Below the pieces are notes generated by a model. It saw only the letters and a program-made list of their open reading frames with translations. It was not told the origin of the DNA and did not search any database. A DNA stretch of 64,000 bases from NCBI GenBank assembly GCA_028023455.1, contig JAQFVV010000001.1, positions 15,128,001 to 15,192,000 of the forward strand, in the 5' to 3' direction. The translations under genes and the position numbers were made by a program. This document shows positions 26,496 to 40,093 of the stretch, in pieces. Source of the stretch: Epiperipatus broadwayi (taxonomy: Eukaryota > Animalia > Onychophora). Every line of letters starts with the position of its first letter. Within the stretch, counting starts at the first letter, position 1.

Positions 26496-27299
26496 AGTAC
26501 TATCATATGACAAATATATATCTTATTAATTTTAAATTAAAAAATATTAAAATTTATATTTTTGTTAATAAATATTCAGTTCAGATAATATTTTTAGCAT
26601 GATAGAAGAGTCAAGTATTTTCTATATGATTTTGAGTCAATGTGTTTTTTTTGATGTGTTAATGATATTGTACATATACTAAATTCTCCACCTGAAAATA
26701 AGTTGGAGTTACTAAATATACTATGACCAAATGATAACATTTGATCATCATCAGTGGTAGTTTATCAACTGCTTCTTTTTAACAATTTATTTTAGCATCT
26801 CAAATCTAAAGCCACAGCATAAAAAATGGAAACATCTCACATAATAACTAATGGTTATTTGATAATTGCATGTGGTAATTTTTCCATATGCTAGAATATT
26901 TATAATCAATATTTTTTTATTATTTATTGGTAGGAATTAAATCTAATATCTGTTATCATTATCAAATTATATTAGGCAATATTTTTATTTAAAAGAATAT
27001 ATATATATATATATTGTAAATTAAATTTTATACTTCATTATAAGCCATAGACTAAGTCTATTTTTTTCCCATCTTTTGATTGTATTTCTCTTCTTATACT
27101 AAAATCGATATTGAATTTCCCTTTATTAAAATGGTTCGATGCTTTTAATTTATGTTTATTATCTTATTTATCATCTTTCTCTTGTTTTGCTTCTTAATGT
27201 TTCATTATCAATATTGGACAATGGCAATATACGATGATGTTTGTGATAATTGATCACAATATTATCAAATGGTAAACAACACTTCAAACAGATCAGGAG

Positions 27300-30050
27300 A
27301 AAAACAACATAACTATACCTATATGCTATTTAAAAATTGTGAATAGTAAGACAAAAGAAAATGAAACTATAGTGTTGGAAGAAGAGTCTTTTAAGCCTAA
27401 AGGCACTCAACATATTATTAAAAAATAATTATGAATATTTCTATTACTGCATGCTTGTAAGGAGGAACTAGATTAAAATTGTAGTCGCTAATGTTGTGCA
27501 AGAAATAAAATTTGAAGCTGCAAAAACAACATGATGGAACCAAGGAAATTGGTGTGGTAAATATTAAAATAGATCACTTACATATTGAATCATGAGAATA
27601 ATTATAGAATAATGTAAACTGGACTGAGACTCTAATTCAGAAAAACATACTGTCGAGTTAAAAATAACAAAAAAATAGTGTAACTTTCACTGTTATGAAG
27701 AATACTACAAGAACTATCTTATGTTATAAACCAATGAATAATCAATTGATATCGATTTTGTGGACATCCATTCAAATTATTTACAAGTCAATGACTCAAC
27801 AACTCAAACAAATAAAAATAAATTAAAAAAAAAAAAAAAATGAAAAGAAACAGCTAAAATAAACACAAGTAGAATGAAATGCCAAAGTTGAAAATGAAAA
27901 GGAAGAAAATATGGTCTTGGAAGAGAAATAAAACATGATGATAATTAATAAACTTAAATTTTATTGATCTTTTTATTATCAATACATTTTATGAATAGAC
28001 AAAGAGTAAACTATGCCATACGATATATTAATAAATAGAATTCACAGAAACAGAAATCAAATTAATTATACTATTAACATTTAATGATGACAGATTAGAT
28101 TTAATAGCAAAAAATGTGTTTACAAGCAGATTATCAAACAGATGATGAATTAATCATACATAAACTTTTAATAGAGTTGAATAGAAATTGCAATCTTGTT
28201 CAATATCCTAGATATAATTTAAAAAACATATTACTGTTTTTAAAAATAACCTTTTAAATACAAATGGGAAGCCAGTTAATTTTGGATGATAGAAATGAAA
28301 AAAAAAAAAAAAGGGGGGGGGGTGATTAGACAGTAATTTGATTAAGATAGAAACAATCATAAAAATCAAAATGGATGTCCAAAAATGCAGTAGTAATTAC
28401 AAAAAAAGAAATCAAAAATGAAAGTATAAAGTTCTTTTAATGGAATTTATTAAAAATTATAGTCAGCTTCTAGGAAAGACAAGGAACAATACTGTAACTT
28501 TACATTATTTGCAAAAACTGTGAATGTAGAAACAAATTTAGAAAAAACAGTTATACTTTACAGGATTAAAGAGACGTTTCAGTCACAAATAGTTTTGCTA
28601 AAAAAAAAAAATGTCAATAGAGAAAGATTATAATCAAAGAAACAAAATAAAACAGAAAGAGAACTATACACAAATATCAACCAAAACATTCCTTTGAGGT
28701 ACTTTATATTGAAGATCCTTTCAGTAATAGATGAGATCAGATTATTGACAAAAAAAAACAAAAAGCAGATGACCCTGTAACAAATTTTGCAGGACACTGG
28801 AGAATAATCAATAAAATTACTGCCCAAATTATAACAATTAATTAGGAAAACTATTCAATGGTCTACAGATAATTAATACTCTTAATCAAGAAATCTTGAG
28901 AATGGGCACAAAAAATTATTCAGCACAGATTACGTCTTTATACTAAAAGAGAACTATCTGATGACCAAAATGATTTCAGTAAAGTTCAGAAGTTAACATC
29001 ATTTCTTATTAATGACTTGAAAGGTTGTTATTCTTTCACATGCGTCTTACTATTGTTTTCAGACAGCCAATAGTTGTTAAACAGCAGTCTGAGGAGCGAT
29101 CAGTCATTACTAATTTAATAACAACATGCGATTTAAAACAAATATTATTTACATCATTTTTTATATACATTGAATAATTGAAAAGTCCAGAGAAAATCAG
29201 AAAAAGGACTATAAATGCTTTAATGATTGCATTAAAGCTTTTGATTCAGTTGGCTATGATAAAGAATACTAAAACATTCTACTATTGTTATAAAAAAATC
29301 TTAATAAGATTAAAAACTATAAATGAATGAAATAAACTATTGTAAAACATTTTTCATATTGATAATGGAATTTCACAGTCTGTATACTTATCATTCCACG
29401 TACCTATTCAACACATATACTTAATATAGAGTGAGCCAAACTAGATGAAGACAAGTATGGATTAAAGATTGATGAATCAAACATCAATAACTCTATATGT
29501 TTTTGATACCATATTTATAGGGGATCTCAAAATTCTCTTTAGAAAAATTAAAAACAGAATGAACAATGAAATCATGACCCAATATATAATAACAGAATAA
29601 GCCAATGATTTCAACATTAATAATGAAAGTATAAAAATTTGCCTGTTTAGATCAGTTATCAACAGTAAAAGGTTAAGTATACAAAAGACTCATTAAAAAA
29701 ATTTAAGATATTTAACAATGAGATCAGAGTTATTCAAACAATGGTGTTTTATGTGACTCTCTTCAAATGTGAAAGTAATAAAGTTTATGAATTGTAATGT
29801 TTTCAAAAACTTAAAAAATAATATGCATATACTGAAAAAGTGGACAGTGTATCACATTAGACCTGGAGTGTTGATTAAAGCACAAATGAATAGATTAAAA
29901 ATTCCCTACTGATATTTACCTAATTTATCAGTGAAATATATGATGCTCAGAACAATTGTTATAAAATGAAAAAATGACCAGCAATGAAATGCATGGATTC
30001 AATCATCATATTAAAAGTTTAAACAACTTAAAAACCAAACAGATGATAAA
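27300..30050 (+). mobile_element. Highly decayed RTE/BovB-type LINE
   Basis: Remnants RELSDDQNDFS (about 28950), D.IKAFDSV (about 29225), YLFNTY..GLKIDESNINN..DT (29405-29510), in the expected RTE RT motif order. Confidence 0.7.
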
Positions 30051-30187
30051 GCAGAAGAAAGACCTCTTGATTTTTCAAAAAATTATAAAATCTTTTATAT
30101 TTCTTAGATCATATATGTAATATAATACACCATATACACCTTAAATGACACTTTACAATGCAGTTTAACATATGATTTATTTTATTT

Positions 30188-30227
30188 CCTTACAGTTTCA
30201 ACTGTCCAGCAGTCATCATCAGAGTTA
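30188..30227 (-). ncRNA. PLE-type hammerhead motif, stems I and III decayed
   Basis: CU CUGAUGA U GACUG-CUGGA-CAGUU GAAAC U GUA / AG. Perfect core and 5-bp stem II. Confidence 0.6.
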
Positions 30228-31194
30228 CAACATTTAAACATATACAATTAATATCTATCTATACATATAGCAATATATATATATATACACATACATATAA
30301 ATACAAAAATAAAAAACAACATTCCAAACATTCAACTATTAACTTAAATATGGATCTTTAATATCTCTACAATCTAAAACCTCTTTACCCACACTACTAT
30401 GTTGTGTGCCATGAGACATTACCATTTCGATATATACACATACAATCTGACATTTTGACGGTAAAATATTACAGCAAAATAAAGGAAGTGATAGGGACAT
30501 TAGTGATGAAACAAAAAAATGTGGAAAACATAATTAAAAAAAACTAATTACGTGATTAAAAAACTCATTTCATCTTGTAAAAAAAATTTTTGACAATATA
30601 TGTTGACTGCTGATTATGCTGAAATAATTATATGTAATTAAAATCATATCAAATGTCTTCTTAACATGTTTAAATATTAACATATTTATTTATTTATTTA
30701 TAAGCAGATATTCAATGTGCTTTAAATATATGTTAATTCATATTGCCTCTTACTGCAATACACATCTGTACTAAATGCAATGTTCAAAGATATTAACCAC
30801 TATTGTAATCCAACAATGAAAAAGAGGTTGGAAGAATTGATAAAATACCTCCTTAACTTTAATAATTCTCTCAAACTGTTTTATGCATAGCTGAAAGATT
30901 ATTACAAGTTTTAAACTGCCTAATCTAGAAATGCTGAATCCATTGCAATTTAATAAAAATAGTAATAATAATCAAATGTTTCAGACTGTTAATGAAGTAC
31001 TTACATATTATTTTTCCTACTAAGCTTGCCAGCCATTTTTTTTTCTTATACAATTTCATGGGCATACAATAAATATTTAAAACAAAATGGCTGACAAGAA
31101 GTGGTCGTATTTAATATTTAGTTTTTTATTACTTCATAATTTTATTATTATATTTTAATGATACGCTTTATTTGTCTTAAGAGTTACAACAGTT

Positions 31195-31680
31195 TTACAT
31201 CTGTAGTTGTGGGTTTACATATATAAAAGTTGACTTATTTGGTTTACACAGGATTGCAGGCATTTTTACATACTGTGGGTTAGTTACAAGTTTTACATAG
31301 CTTGATTGCTGTGGTTATATAGGCAATCCGTAGATGTAGGTTTACATATGTAAAAGTTGATTTATTGATTTACATAAAATTACAATTATTTTTTTATGCT
31401 GTGGATTAGTTTTAAGTTCTACATGGCTTGGATTGCTGTGATGACATGGGCAATCTGTAGTTATAGGTTTATGTATGTAAAAGTTTATTTGGTTATTTAC
31501 ATGAGATTACAGGAATTTTTATAGGCTGTGGATTAGTTAGAAGAAGTTTTACATAGCTTGGATTGTTGTGATTACATGGGCAATCTGTAGTTGTAAGTTG
31601 ACATATATAATAGTTGTTTTATTGATTTATACAAGATTACATAAAATTTACATGCTCTGGACTGCTGTATCTACAGATGC
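31195..31680. repeat. Degenerate tandem repeat, about 4 x 127-131 bp
   Basis: The (ggcaa)tctgtagttg..ggtttacatat.taaaagtt motif recurs at about 31200, 31327, 31454 and 31585. Confidence 0.8.
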
Positions 31681-32429
31681 AAACTAGGTTTAATTTTATA
31701 TGTGGTTGGATTGCCTGGGTGATATAGGTGAAGTACTAGCAATTTCCATGGTAGTGCAGCAATTGTCTGAGGGTCCATACTGGTATGAGATCAATGAGTT
31801 CTTTTAAATTTTTTAGGGTGCTGGATCTTCTTTGGGCAACCAGGTTTTCTCTTGGTTTCACTGACAATGTGTGTTGGGAAGGGTGGTGGTGTGGGTGGGA
31901 GGCATGGCGAAACTGCTTTCATAATTGGTACAATCCTGCCATGCTTGTTTCTGATGCATTTAAATAAATGTGAACAAGAGGGGGAGTGTAGCTATGTTAG
32001 AATTGGTTTCAATTGTTAAGACGGACTTTGTGATAATTGGTCAAACTCTGGGTCTAGATATGTGTTAGAAGTGGAGGCTGAGTAAGGTTTTTGATAAGAT
32101 TTGAGGTGAAATCAATGAGTAGAGGATCTTGATTTCCAGAGGGAGCTAGTGGTTCAGTTATGTTAGAACTTGTTGCAATTGTAGAGTTAAAAGTTTTTGA
32201 TAGATTGGACAGATTCCGGGTCTGGCTATATTAGAAATAGAAATCAAGTGAGGCTTTTGATGTGATTTAAATATGAGATTCATGGGTAGAAGGTCCAGAC
32301 ATAGGGAAACAGGGTAAAGTCTGTAAAATAGTTAGGTTTGGCATTGCTATTGTAAGTGACTTCTATTTTTTGAAATTATCTAATAACTTGATGTTAGTTG
32401 AAGATTTAAATGAAAAATTTAACACAAAA

Positions 32430-33205
32430 TTGGAAATAAGTTATGAAATAATTGGAAATTGAAAAAAGTATATAAAGTTACTTTTTTTCCCTTGCTAGCC
32501 TAAGGTTTTGATTACTTTATAAGCATAAACAACCAGAGCTTGTTAACTTGGTTGTGAGCAAGTCAACTAATCACTGGGAGCTTCAAATTGAATTTTTATT
32601 ACTAAATAAAGATCAGTTTGCTACAATAACATTAAAAATAAATGTATGTTTGACTAACCTTTGGATTTTTAAACTCTATACTATTATTGGCAGCAAACAT
32701 TGGTCATATGATGGCTTTTTTTTAATTATCGTTAGGTAACTTGATTTTAATTGGAAGTTTGAATAAAAAATGGAACAAAGTTGAAAGTAAGTAATCAACT
32801 GATTAAAGATATATTATTATCTTGCATTAGTCTAACGTTTTGAATTCTTTTTAAGCATAAAAAAATCAGTTTGTTAACTTGTTTGTGAGCTATGAATTGC
32901 TTGTTGGGAAATTTGTAAATGAATCCCCCAAAGATCAGAATTTGCTACAATAAAATTAAAAATAAGCTTGTTTGAATTTTGGAGTTTGAAACTGTGCTGG
33001 TGATATTGGCAGCAATCATCTAGTTATGTGATGCCTCCATATTGTTTTCTAAAATTATTGTTGGGGAATTTGATTTTAATTGAAATTTTGAATGAAAAAT
33101 ATATCAATTCATTGGAAATTGAAAAAGGTATATCAGGACAAGGGGTTTCGATTAGTTTTGAAGCATGAAAAACTAGAGCTTGTTAACTTGGTTGTGAACA
33201 AGTTT
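32430..33205. repeat. Degenerate tandem repeat, unit about 310-330 bp
   Basis: cttgttaacttggttgtgagc recurs at about 32540, 32871 and 33179; gatcag..tttgctacaataa.attaaaaataa occurs twice. Confidence 0.75.
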
Positions 33206-33309
33206 GTCAGCATAAGAAAAAATATCTGCAAAAATTAATTATAATATTTCCATTTTTTTTTGTATTAAGTCAATTTATTAATATAAAAATAAAAAATATT
33301 TAAGAAACC

Positions 33310-33520
33310 CTAATGGCCTGCAAACTCGCCACAAACATATCTTCTTTGTGCAGTCAATGCCACATAAATTTGCCTAAATGGGAATTCAGGTATTGTCAGA
33401 TAGTTCTCCAGTGATTTTTGTTTCGCCATTTGGCCAGACACCATAGACTTTTGATGTCTTGCATATGCATGCCAACAGCTGGATACACCAAGTTATAGTA
33501 GTGACTTAATATAAATAAAT
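33310..33520 (-). pseudogene. Merlin (IS1016/ISXO2-like) transposase C-terminal relic
   Basis: NLVYPAVGMHMQDIKSLWCLAKWRNKNHWRT..YLNSHLGKFMW matches the Merlin NFVDP..G.HTQ.IE.LW...K..N......YL.EFMW pattern. Homologous to 57880-58060. Confidence 0.75.
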
Positions 33521-33949
33521 AAAAATCAATTACAAGTACTAAACCAATGGAAGTTATAATCGCTTTATTAATTTTTTTTAGTTTAACAACTAACACACAT
33601 TCGGTAAAATAAGATGGAAAAAATATATATAAACAAACCACTTGTAGGTCCAAAAGATTGTATAAGTAAAAAAAAATAGCTGCCCACAATAATAATAATA
33701 ATAATATCTTAAGTACCATTAGGAATTATTGTGAATTATTCAAATAACTAAAAAAAATCATCAGCAGCAACCATCATTCATAAATGAGTATGATCATTCC
33801 AACTACAAAAAAAGAAAAATTCTAGAAATAAATTTTACAATGATTATATAAACCATTCCGTGAGTCACAAATACATCCATAAATAAAATATACTTATTTT
33901 TTATATTTTGTAATTTTGGCTTTTAACTTCCACAGAAAACTTTTCTTTC

Positions 33950-34960
33950 TGCAATATTTCAACATTGTCTAATTACAGCTCTCCAATATATTCTACTCTC
34001 TGCCATATCTTCTCAAGTTTATCCTAATATATCCTTTTAGAAAGGCTTTTACAATTCATTCATTAAAGGTGTGATTTTATAATAGTAGACTATAGTATCA
34101 CAACCAATAATTTGAAGAATATATTGAATGATTTTAGTCTTGGCAATATAAATTTTTAAAATTTATTGTAGTATCCTTAAATGACACTTTTCTAATGCCT
34201 TTAAGTCACATTAATACGATGGCTAAATTTTACATACAATAAATTAGGTAAAGAAGTTCTCTAAACAGCTAATTTAGTTGCAGTAGTTATTTCCTAATGA
34301 TAACACCAAGCTAAAAATAGCTGAGGATTTTTCTTCTATTATTGACTTATAAAGAATTCAAGTTTTTAAAACATTAATTATTAAATCAAAGTATTTATGT
34401 TATATTCAAAACAAAGTACATTCTCTGCGGCATCTTCTGAACTAGCAAAAATTGGACAAATCCAGAATTCACAATGATGAAATTCTGATTTTCAATTTTA
34501 AATATTCCATCATCAAATCTATCCTGTTTCCAAAAACCACTGTCATAAAAATTAAAATATTTAAAGTAAATACAGATCCTTATTTAACATTTTTATTTCA
34601 AATTCATCAGATTTTCTGCCTGAAGTAATAATACTTCCTTTCTTAGAAGCTTTATAATATGAATAAACTTTCATAGGCAACACTAATTCAATTATAAATT
34701 AATATTTTGTTCTTAATACTTTTCAATGCATTTGCCTGGCAACAAAAACTATGTCTATAGGGCTTCTTGCTTCTCTAAAACCAACATCTCTGGTAACCAA
34801 CAAAATCCTTACAAGTACCTCTGCTGAGTAGATAATAAATTACAATATAACAATTCATCAATTGCTAAAACAGAGAATCTTTAATAAATAAAATAACTAT
34901 TGCAAGCACTTTCAACTCCTAAGAGTCCTTATCAAGGCAGTATAAAAAATCCTATTTTTC
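33950..34960 (-). mobile_element. Decayed RTE-type LINE, RT and 3' end
   Basis: VGFREARSPIDIVFVARQM (about 34730-34790); C-terminal DMAESRIYWRAVIRQ (about 33970-34020). Confidence 0.65.
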
Positions 34961-34973
34961 TCCCAAGCAATAA

Positions 34974-36420
34974 ATTCAACGTTTCATTGCATTGGCCAGG
35001 AACAACTAATCAGAAAGCTGGTTAATTTTGAATTCGTAGCACAAGATGAATTTTGTATATGATTCTTTAATCTTGTGTTTTTTATCGTGTGTTTCATGCA
35101 TTAATATTGTAAAATCCTTTGCGTTACATATATGGCCTGCACTGCTTTGGTGAACATAAAAAGCCGAATAAACTGTATCATCATCTCTTACTCTATTATA
35201 CTTATATTTATGTTGTTGAAGGCAATATTTAATATTTGTCTTGGTTTCCCCAACATCTATTGCACTACAATTTATTTGTGGACATCTAATAGAATACACC
35301 ACACTGTTTTTACCCCCTTTACTTATTACTCCCTTAGAATTATTTATTAATCTATTAAGGTTAGGTGGAGTCCTCCATGCCAATCGGAAATCTTGACTTA
35401 AAACTTTTATTATCTTTTTATTAATATTGGGAATAAAAGCTAATGACATCCATGGTTTATTATTCACATTTACATTACCACTATTATAACGTTGTTTATA
35501 ATGTTTCAATACAATAGATAATAGCTTATTTAATCCACTTGTATCAAATCTTGCATATAACAATTAATATTATCTTTCTTAAACATTTCATTCGAACACA
35601 GTCATTGCTTACATAATAAAAAAAGCTCTAAAACCAGCCAATTTGTGTGTTAAAGGAGCATTAGATGTTGGATGAATATAACCTCTATTATTTAAATGCT
35701 TTACAACCATTTTATATATCAATCATCCACACATGATATTTGCAAATCCAGGTATTTAATACTAAATTATTCTCTCTCTCTATTGTCCAAACCCAAACCA
35801 TCCTGGTTCTGCAAAGTATCAAACATTTGTTTTATAATGTCCGATCGCCCATATATTAAAACATCATCCACATATTTACAATACAATGTATTATCATTTT
35901 TTACTAATATGAGATGCACAATTCGCTATTCTATATTATCTACAACCACTCACAGCCAAACCCATTAGCCATCCTTTTTATATTCTATATAAGTAACTAC
36001 CATGTGCGGCCACAATGTCATTAATTATCCAATCTAAAACATCCATAATAAAAAATATCTTATCCTGTGGCATTTCTTCAACACACAATCTATCTCTCAA
36101 AATTGTAATAGACGCAGATCGATCCACTGATCCATATAATTCCACCATATCCAATGAAACCAAATTATACCCTCCCAACCATCAGCTGTTTTATCAAGTA
36201 TATTAACGCAATCACATGATGACTTCAGAGTATAAACCCCGAATCCAAAAAAATCCCAAATCCACTGACCCAAAATCCTTGCAAGCTTTTGATAATATGC
36301 TCTTGTAAAATCCAGCATCAATCTCAAAGGAGCATCAAGCTTATGTGTTCTAGCATTCGCAAACATTTGCGGAATAAAAGCCGCTGATGGATAAACCTCC
36401 CTATATTCTCTATTAGTATT
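34974..36420 (-). mobile_element. Penelope-like element (RT plus GIY-YIG endonuclease), disrupted, with a decayed 3' hammerhead
   Basis: HKLDAPLRLML; LVSLDMVELY; GWLMG; KYVDDVLIY (35863-35874); VVYSIRCPQINCSAIDVGETK..QH..SAFYVH..GH..DFTILMHE..KES (ORF 35006-35563). HHR-like CUGAUUA GUUG..CAAU GAAAC GUU at 34974-35016. Confidence 0.92.
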
Positions 36421-38030
36421 GTATTTATTTATTATTTGAGTAGATAATAATATTCATTAATAATCACTGCAATCTTATCTATTCTCTCCCCCTTTTTTTT
36501 TTTTAAAAAAAAAAATCTTATCTCAAAAATGTATTGTGCCGACTACATGCGATTTTAGTCACACATGTATATACTTATTAGTCGAGTAATAATAATAAAA
36601 ATGCAGAAACAAACCTACATTGAAAGGGCAGAAAAAGTTAGCATAAAAATTAGCTAAAATTTTGTTAAAAGATAAAAAGGTGAAATGCAAAATGACATTA
36701 AGAGAATTAGGTCACTGGTATTTTTAAAAAAAATAAAAAAAGGGGTAAATTAAACTCATAAAGGGATTAATGTTTAGTTAAATCGTAGAAAGTTACAATG
36801 ACTTTGTTTCAGAAAAAAAAATATAGAAAGAAAAAGGGAGAAAGGGGGAAGGGTGGTGTATAGCAAAATGCGTCTCTTTTAAAAAAATTACTTATATGAA
36901 AAGAAAAGCAAGGTATGTGAAACTTATTATAGTTAAAACGTTAGATATTGTAAATAATTAAATTAAAATTTGAAAGTGTATAAAATTTTATGGAAAAAGA
37001 AAAATGTGAAACTTGTATAAAAATTTCTTTGTAAATCTGTATAAAATAAAAATATAAAGGTGTGAGAAGATCTGTTGTTAATTAATAACATTCCAGAAAA
37101 TAATGGTCGGGCAAATCTATAAACAAGGCGGATCAAGATTAGGTATATAATTTTCTGTTATCATATTGGGCGAAGGAACTGAGAACGTGTGAGACCAGTA
37201 GTCATGAATAAAATTAATATTAGCATGCATATGTTTTTGGAGATGCATGGCTAATGGCCGAAAACAGACATTTGCTCGGTCGTTGCCCACCTGACTTCGA
37301 ACTCACCCAAGGATGAATATCTGCCACCTTGCCTGCTAAGTAGATTGCCATTCCTGATCGTACTATGCCTGGAAAAGAAAGAATACAACTAAGAAACCTG
37401 AAAGCAAGAAAGGAGGAAACTAAACCAAATGCAATAAATAATACCAAGAATAACCCAGCCAGCCAGAGAGTCTATTATAGGATCAACCGTCTCTGCAAAA
37501 GAAGTGGGTTGCATCCCACAGGACAGTCTATAGAGCGCCGAGAGAAATCCTAGGTAAACAATTTGCTATTTTCATATATGCTTATATTGATTAATTTTGT
37601 ATTAGAAAACCAAACTGAGAATAAATTAAGTGCACAATATTTTAAAATAAAAAAAAGAAAAAAGAACTGTTTCTAAAGTAGCTATTTTAAGAAAGGGAAC
37701 AGTTACTCTTTTGTCAGACTTTTATCAATTATCCACTCAGAAGTTTAATTATGTTTCCATGTTTACAGACCTTTTTTTTTTTTGTATTTTAGATGTGTAA
37801 ATTTATTATATCATTTAACTTGATTATTTTTTTTATTCTTTTGTATTAAACATTATTAATGCTAAATTGGTTGTCTTTTTTGTATTTTCTTTCACCAAGC
37901 AAACAAATAATAGTATTAAATTAAATCTAGGTTAATAAAATTGAGTCGGTTAATTTTTAATTTAAATAAAGAAAAGGGGAAAGATATTCTAAAGAAACGA
38001 AAAGGTGATATAAACAAAAAGGGGAGGGGC

Positions 38031-38279
38031 TGTCTACACATGTAATCGGCTATTATCGGTGGTAATCTTCAAAATTTATAAACATTCCAAGCACAGGGTG
38101 TCTAATAAAGCATTCTCAAGAATGTTTTTATCCAGCAGCCGAGGGATATCTGATCGGAAAATATGTTGGAGTAATATGTACGTATTATTCCAGGGTTTGG
38201 TCAGGAATACAGAATTGAGAGCTAATTTAGTTCTTGCTAGAGATAACAGTAGAAATTAAATATAACGAAAACTGTTACA
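38031..38279 (+). mobile_element. Possible LTR preceded by a polypurine tract
   Basis: AAAAAGGGGAGGGGC immediately followed by TG (38031), ATTAAA near the end, terminates in CA (38279). No partner LTR seen. Confidence 0.4.
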
Positions 38280-39704
38280 GTATAATAACCTCTTCTGTAT
38301 TATAAACAACAAAGCAGAACAGATTAAATGCTTCTTCTCTGAATACATTTGCATGTACTAAGTGGGTTTCAAAAAACGTATTGTCTAATGATCCTAATGC
38401 AAAAAGCGGTTGTTGTTTTTTTTAAAGTTACTATATATTATGAATCAAAGATAAGCCCAATCAATATCAAAGGATAAATAAATCAAAAATTAGTTTTTCA
38501 ATTTTTTTGTTTGTTTGTTTAAAAAAAAAAAGTCAATTTTTACAATAACAATTCATGAGTAATCTAAATTTTTAAAAAATGTTTTGCAATTCTATTACTA
38601 GCAATAAAAACTAGTTGAGTAATGCTTTCAATCTAGATGGTCACATTCATAACACTCAAACTTGTTGGCTGAGATAGCACAAATTTTTGGCCTTTTTTCC
38701 TCTTAATTAAGTAATCTCAGCCGATAAATTTGAGTGTCATGAATATGACTTTCTAGAGTTTTTGTGCTTTTCTCTTAATCTCAGCTAACAAATTTGAACG
38801 CTATGAATATGACCTTATAATTTGAAAGCATTGCTCAGCTAGTTTTTGTTTAACTGAAATAAATCTAATCTTTTCTTTAGAAGCGAATGAATGCTGGAAA
38901 TAGAATTACAAAATAAAAGAAGTAAACCTTCATAGAATTACAGAATAACATTTTGTTAATAATTTTACTCATTAAATTTAAGATTTCATAAAATTAAAAT
39001 GTTCAATCAGATCAAAAAGCAATCTTTTATTAATACAAATGTAAAATTGAAAAATTATTATAACTTTTTTTTTTTTACAGAGATGATTTTTTTTTATTTT
39101 CAAAATTACTCATTTTATGCCTGCTACTTATTCTCTAATTAAATCCCTATCAAAGTAAAGTCCCCAGTCTTCACGGTTCTTGCCTTCCATAATGATCTTC
39201 CTTCTAACTTGATTAACAACTACCACTTCCCTCCATCAAACTTGTTAAATCCCTCAAATTTTTACATATTTCTTTAATGCTAATAGTAAGCTAGCAATAG
39301 CATAAATAAGAGACACAGATTCATATATTTCTGGAAGACAATCTCTCCAGAATGCAAAAACACCCAAGTAATTTGGCAAATTCCATTTCTAAAAAAAAAT
39401 TTAAAACTGCAGTCAACAATAAAATATTCATTCATTGAAAGCGATTTTTCAATAAGATATATTATTATCGCCAACAATTCCTGTCCTGTGACTGTTGAAT
39501 CGTCTACAGATAAATTAGCAAACTTAAAATTATGAAATATGAAAAACACCATGATATGAGTGGTTACACCAATGTCTATTTTGATTTTTATCAGCCATCA
39601 ATTTATGGCATAGACATTTATTTCACATTCCAAGCTATGAACGAAAGCACGGCGACAGGCTTCCAATTACTAGTATATAATACTACGTCAGGTAGAGTAT
39701 AAGA

Positions 39705-40020
39705 TCATTACTTTGAATGCACATTACAAGAATTATGGTCAGTTAAATTCCATACACGTCTCACATAATATGGTAGCAATATGTGAAATGTGTGCATTTG
39801 CATAGTGTCGCGAAGCACATCGGTGGGCGGTAATATATGTGTGCAACGCAATATACATCCATAACAGCTAATATGAACATCACTGTTCTATAGAACGTAA
39901 ACTGTTGTAGTGTTAGTCGTAAGTTAGGCCGCTATAAACGGCATATTGATGTGCGTAGGCCGCTAAAACGGCATATTGATGAGCGTTGGCTGAAAACCAG
40001 TGTCATCTAAGTGGTGGAAT
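39705..40020 (+). repeat. Unclassified interspersed repeat G, copy 2
   Basis: Similar to 16310-16580. Contains an internal duplication of about 30 bp (taggccgcta.aaacggcatattgatg). Confidence 0.75.
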
Positions 40021-40093
40021 GGATTATATGTATTGGTTATTGTTCTCAGCAGTAGCAAACTCCATAGCACAGCTCAAGTTGAATCTAATTTAA

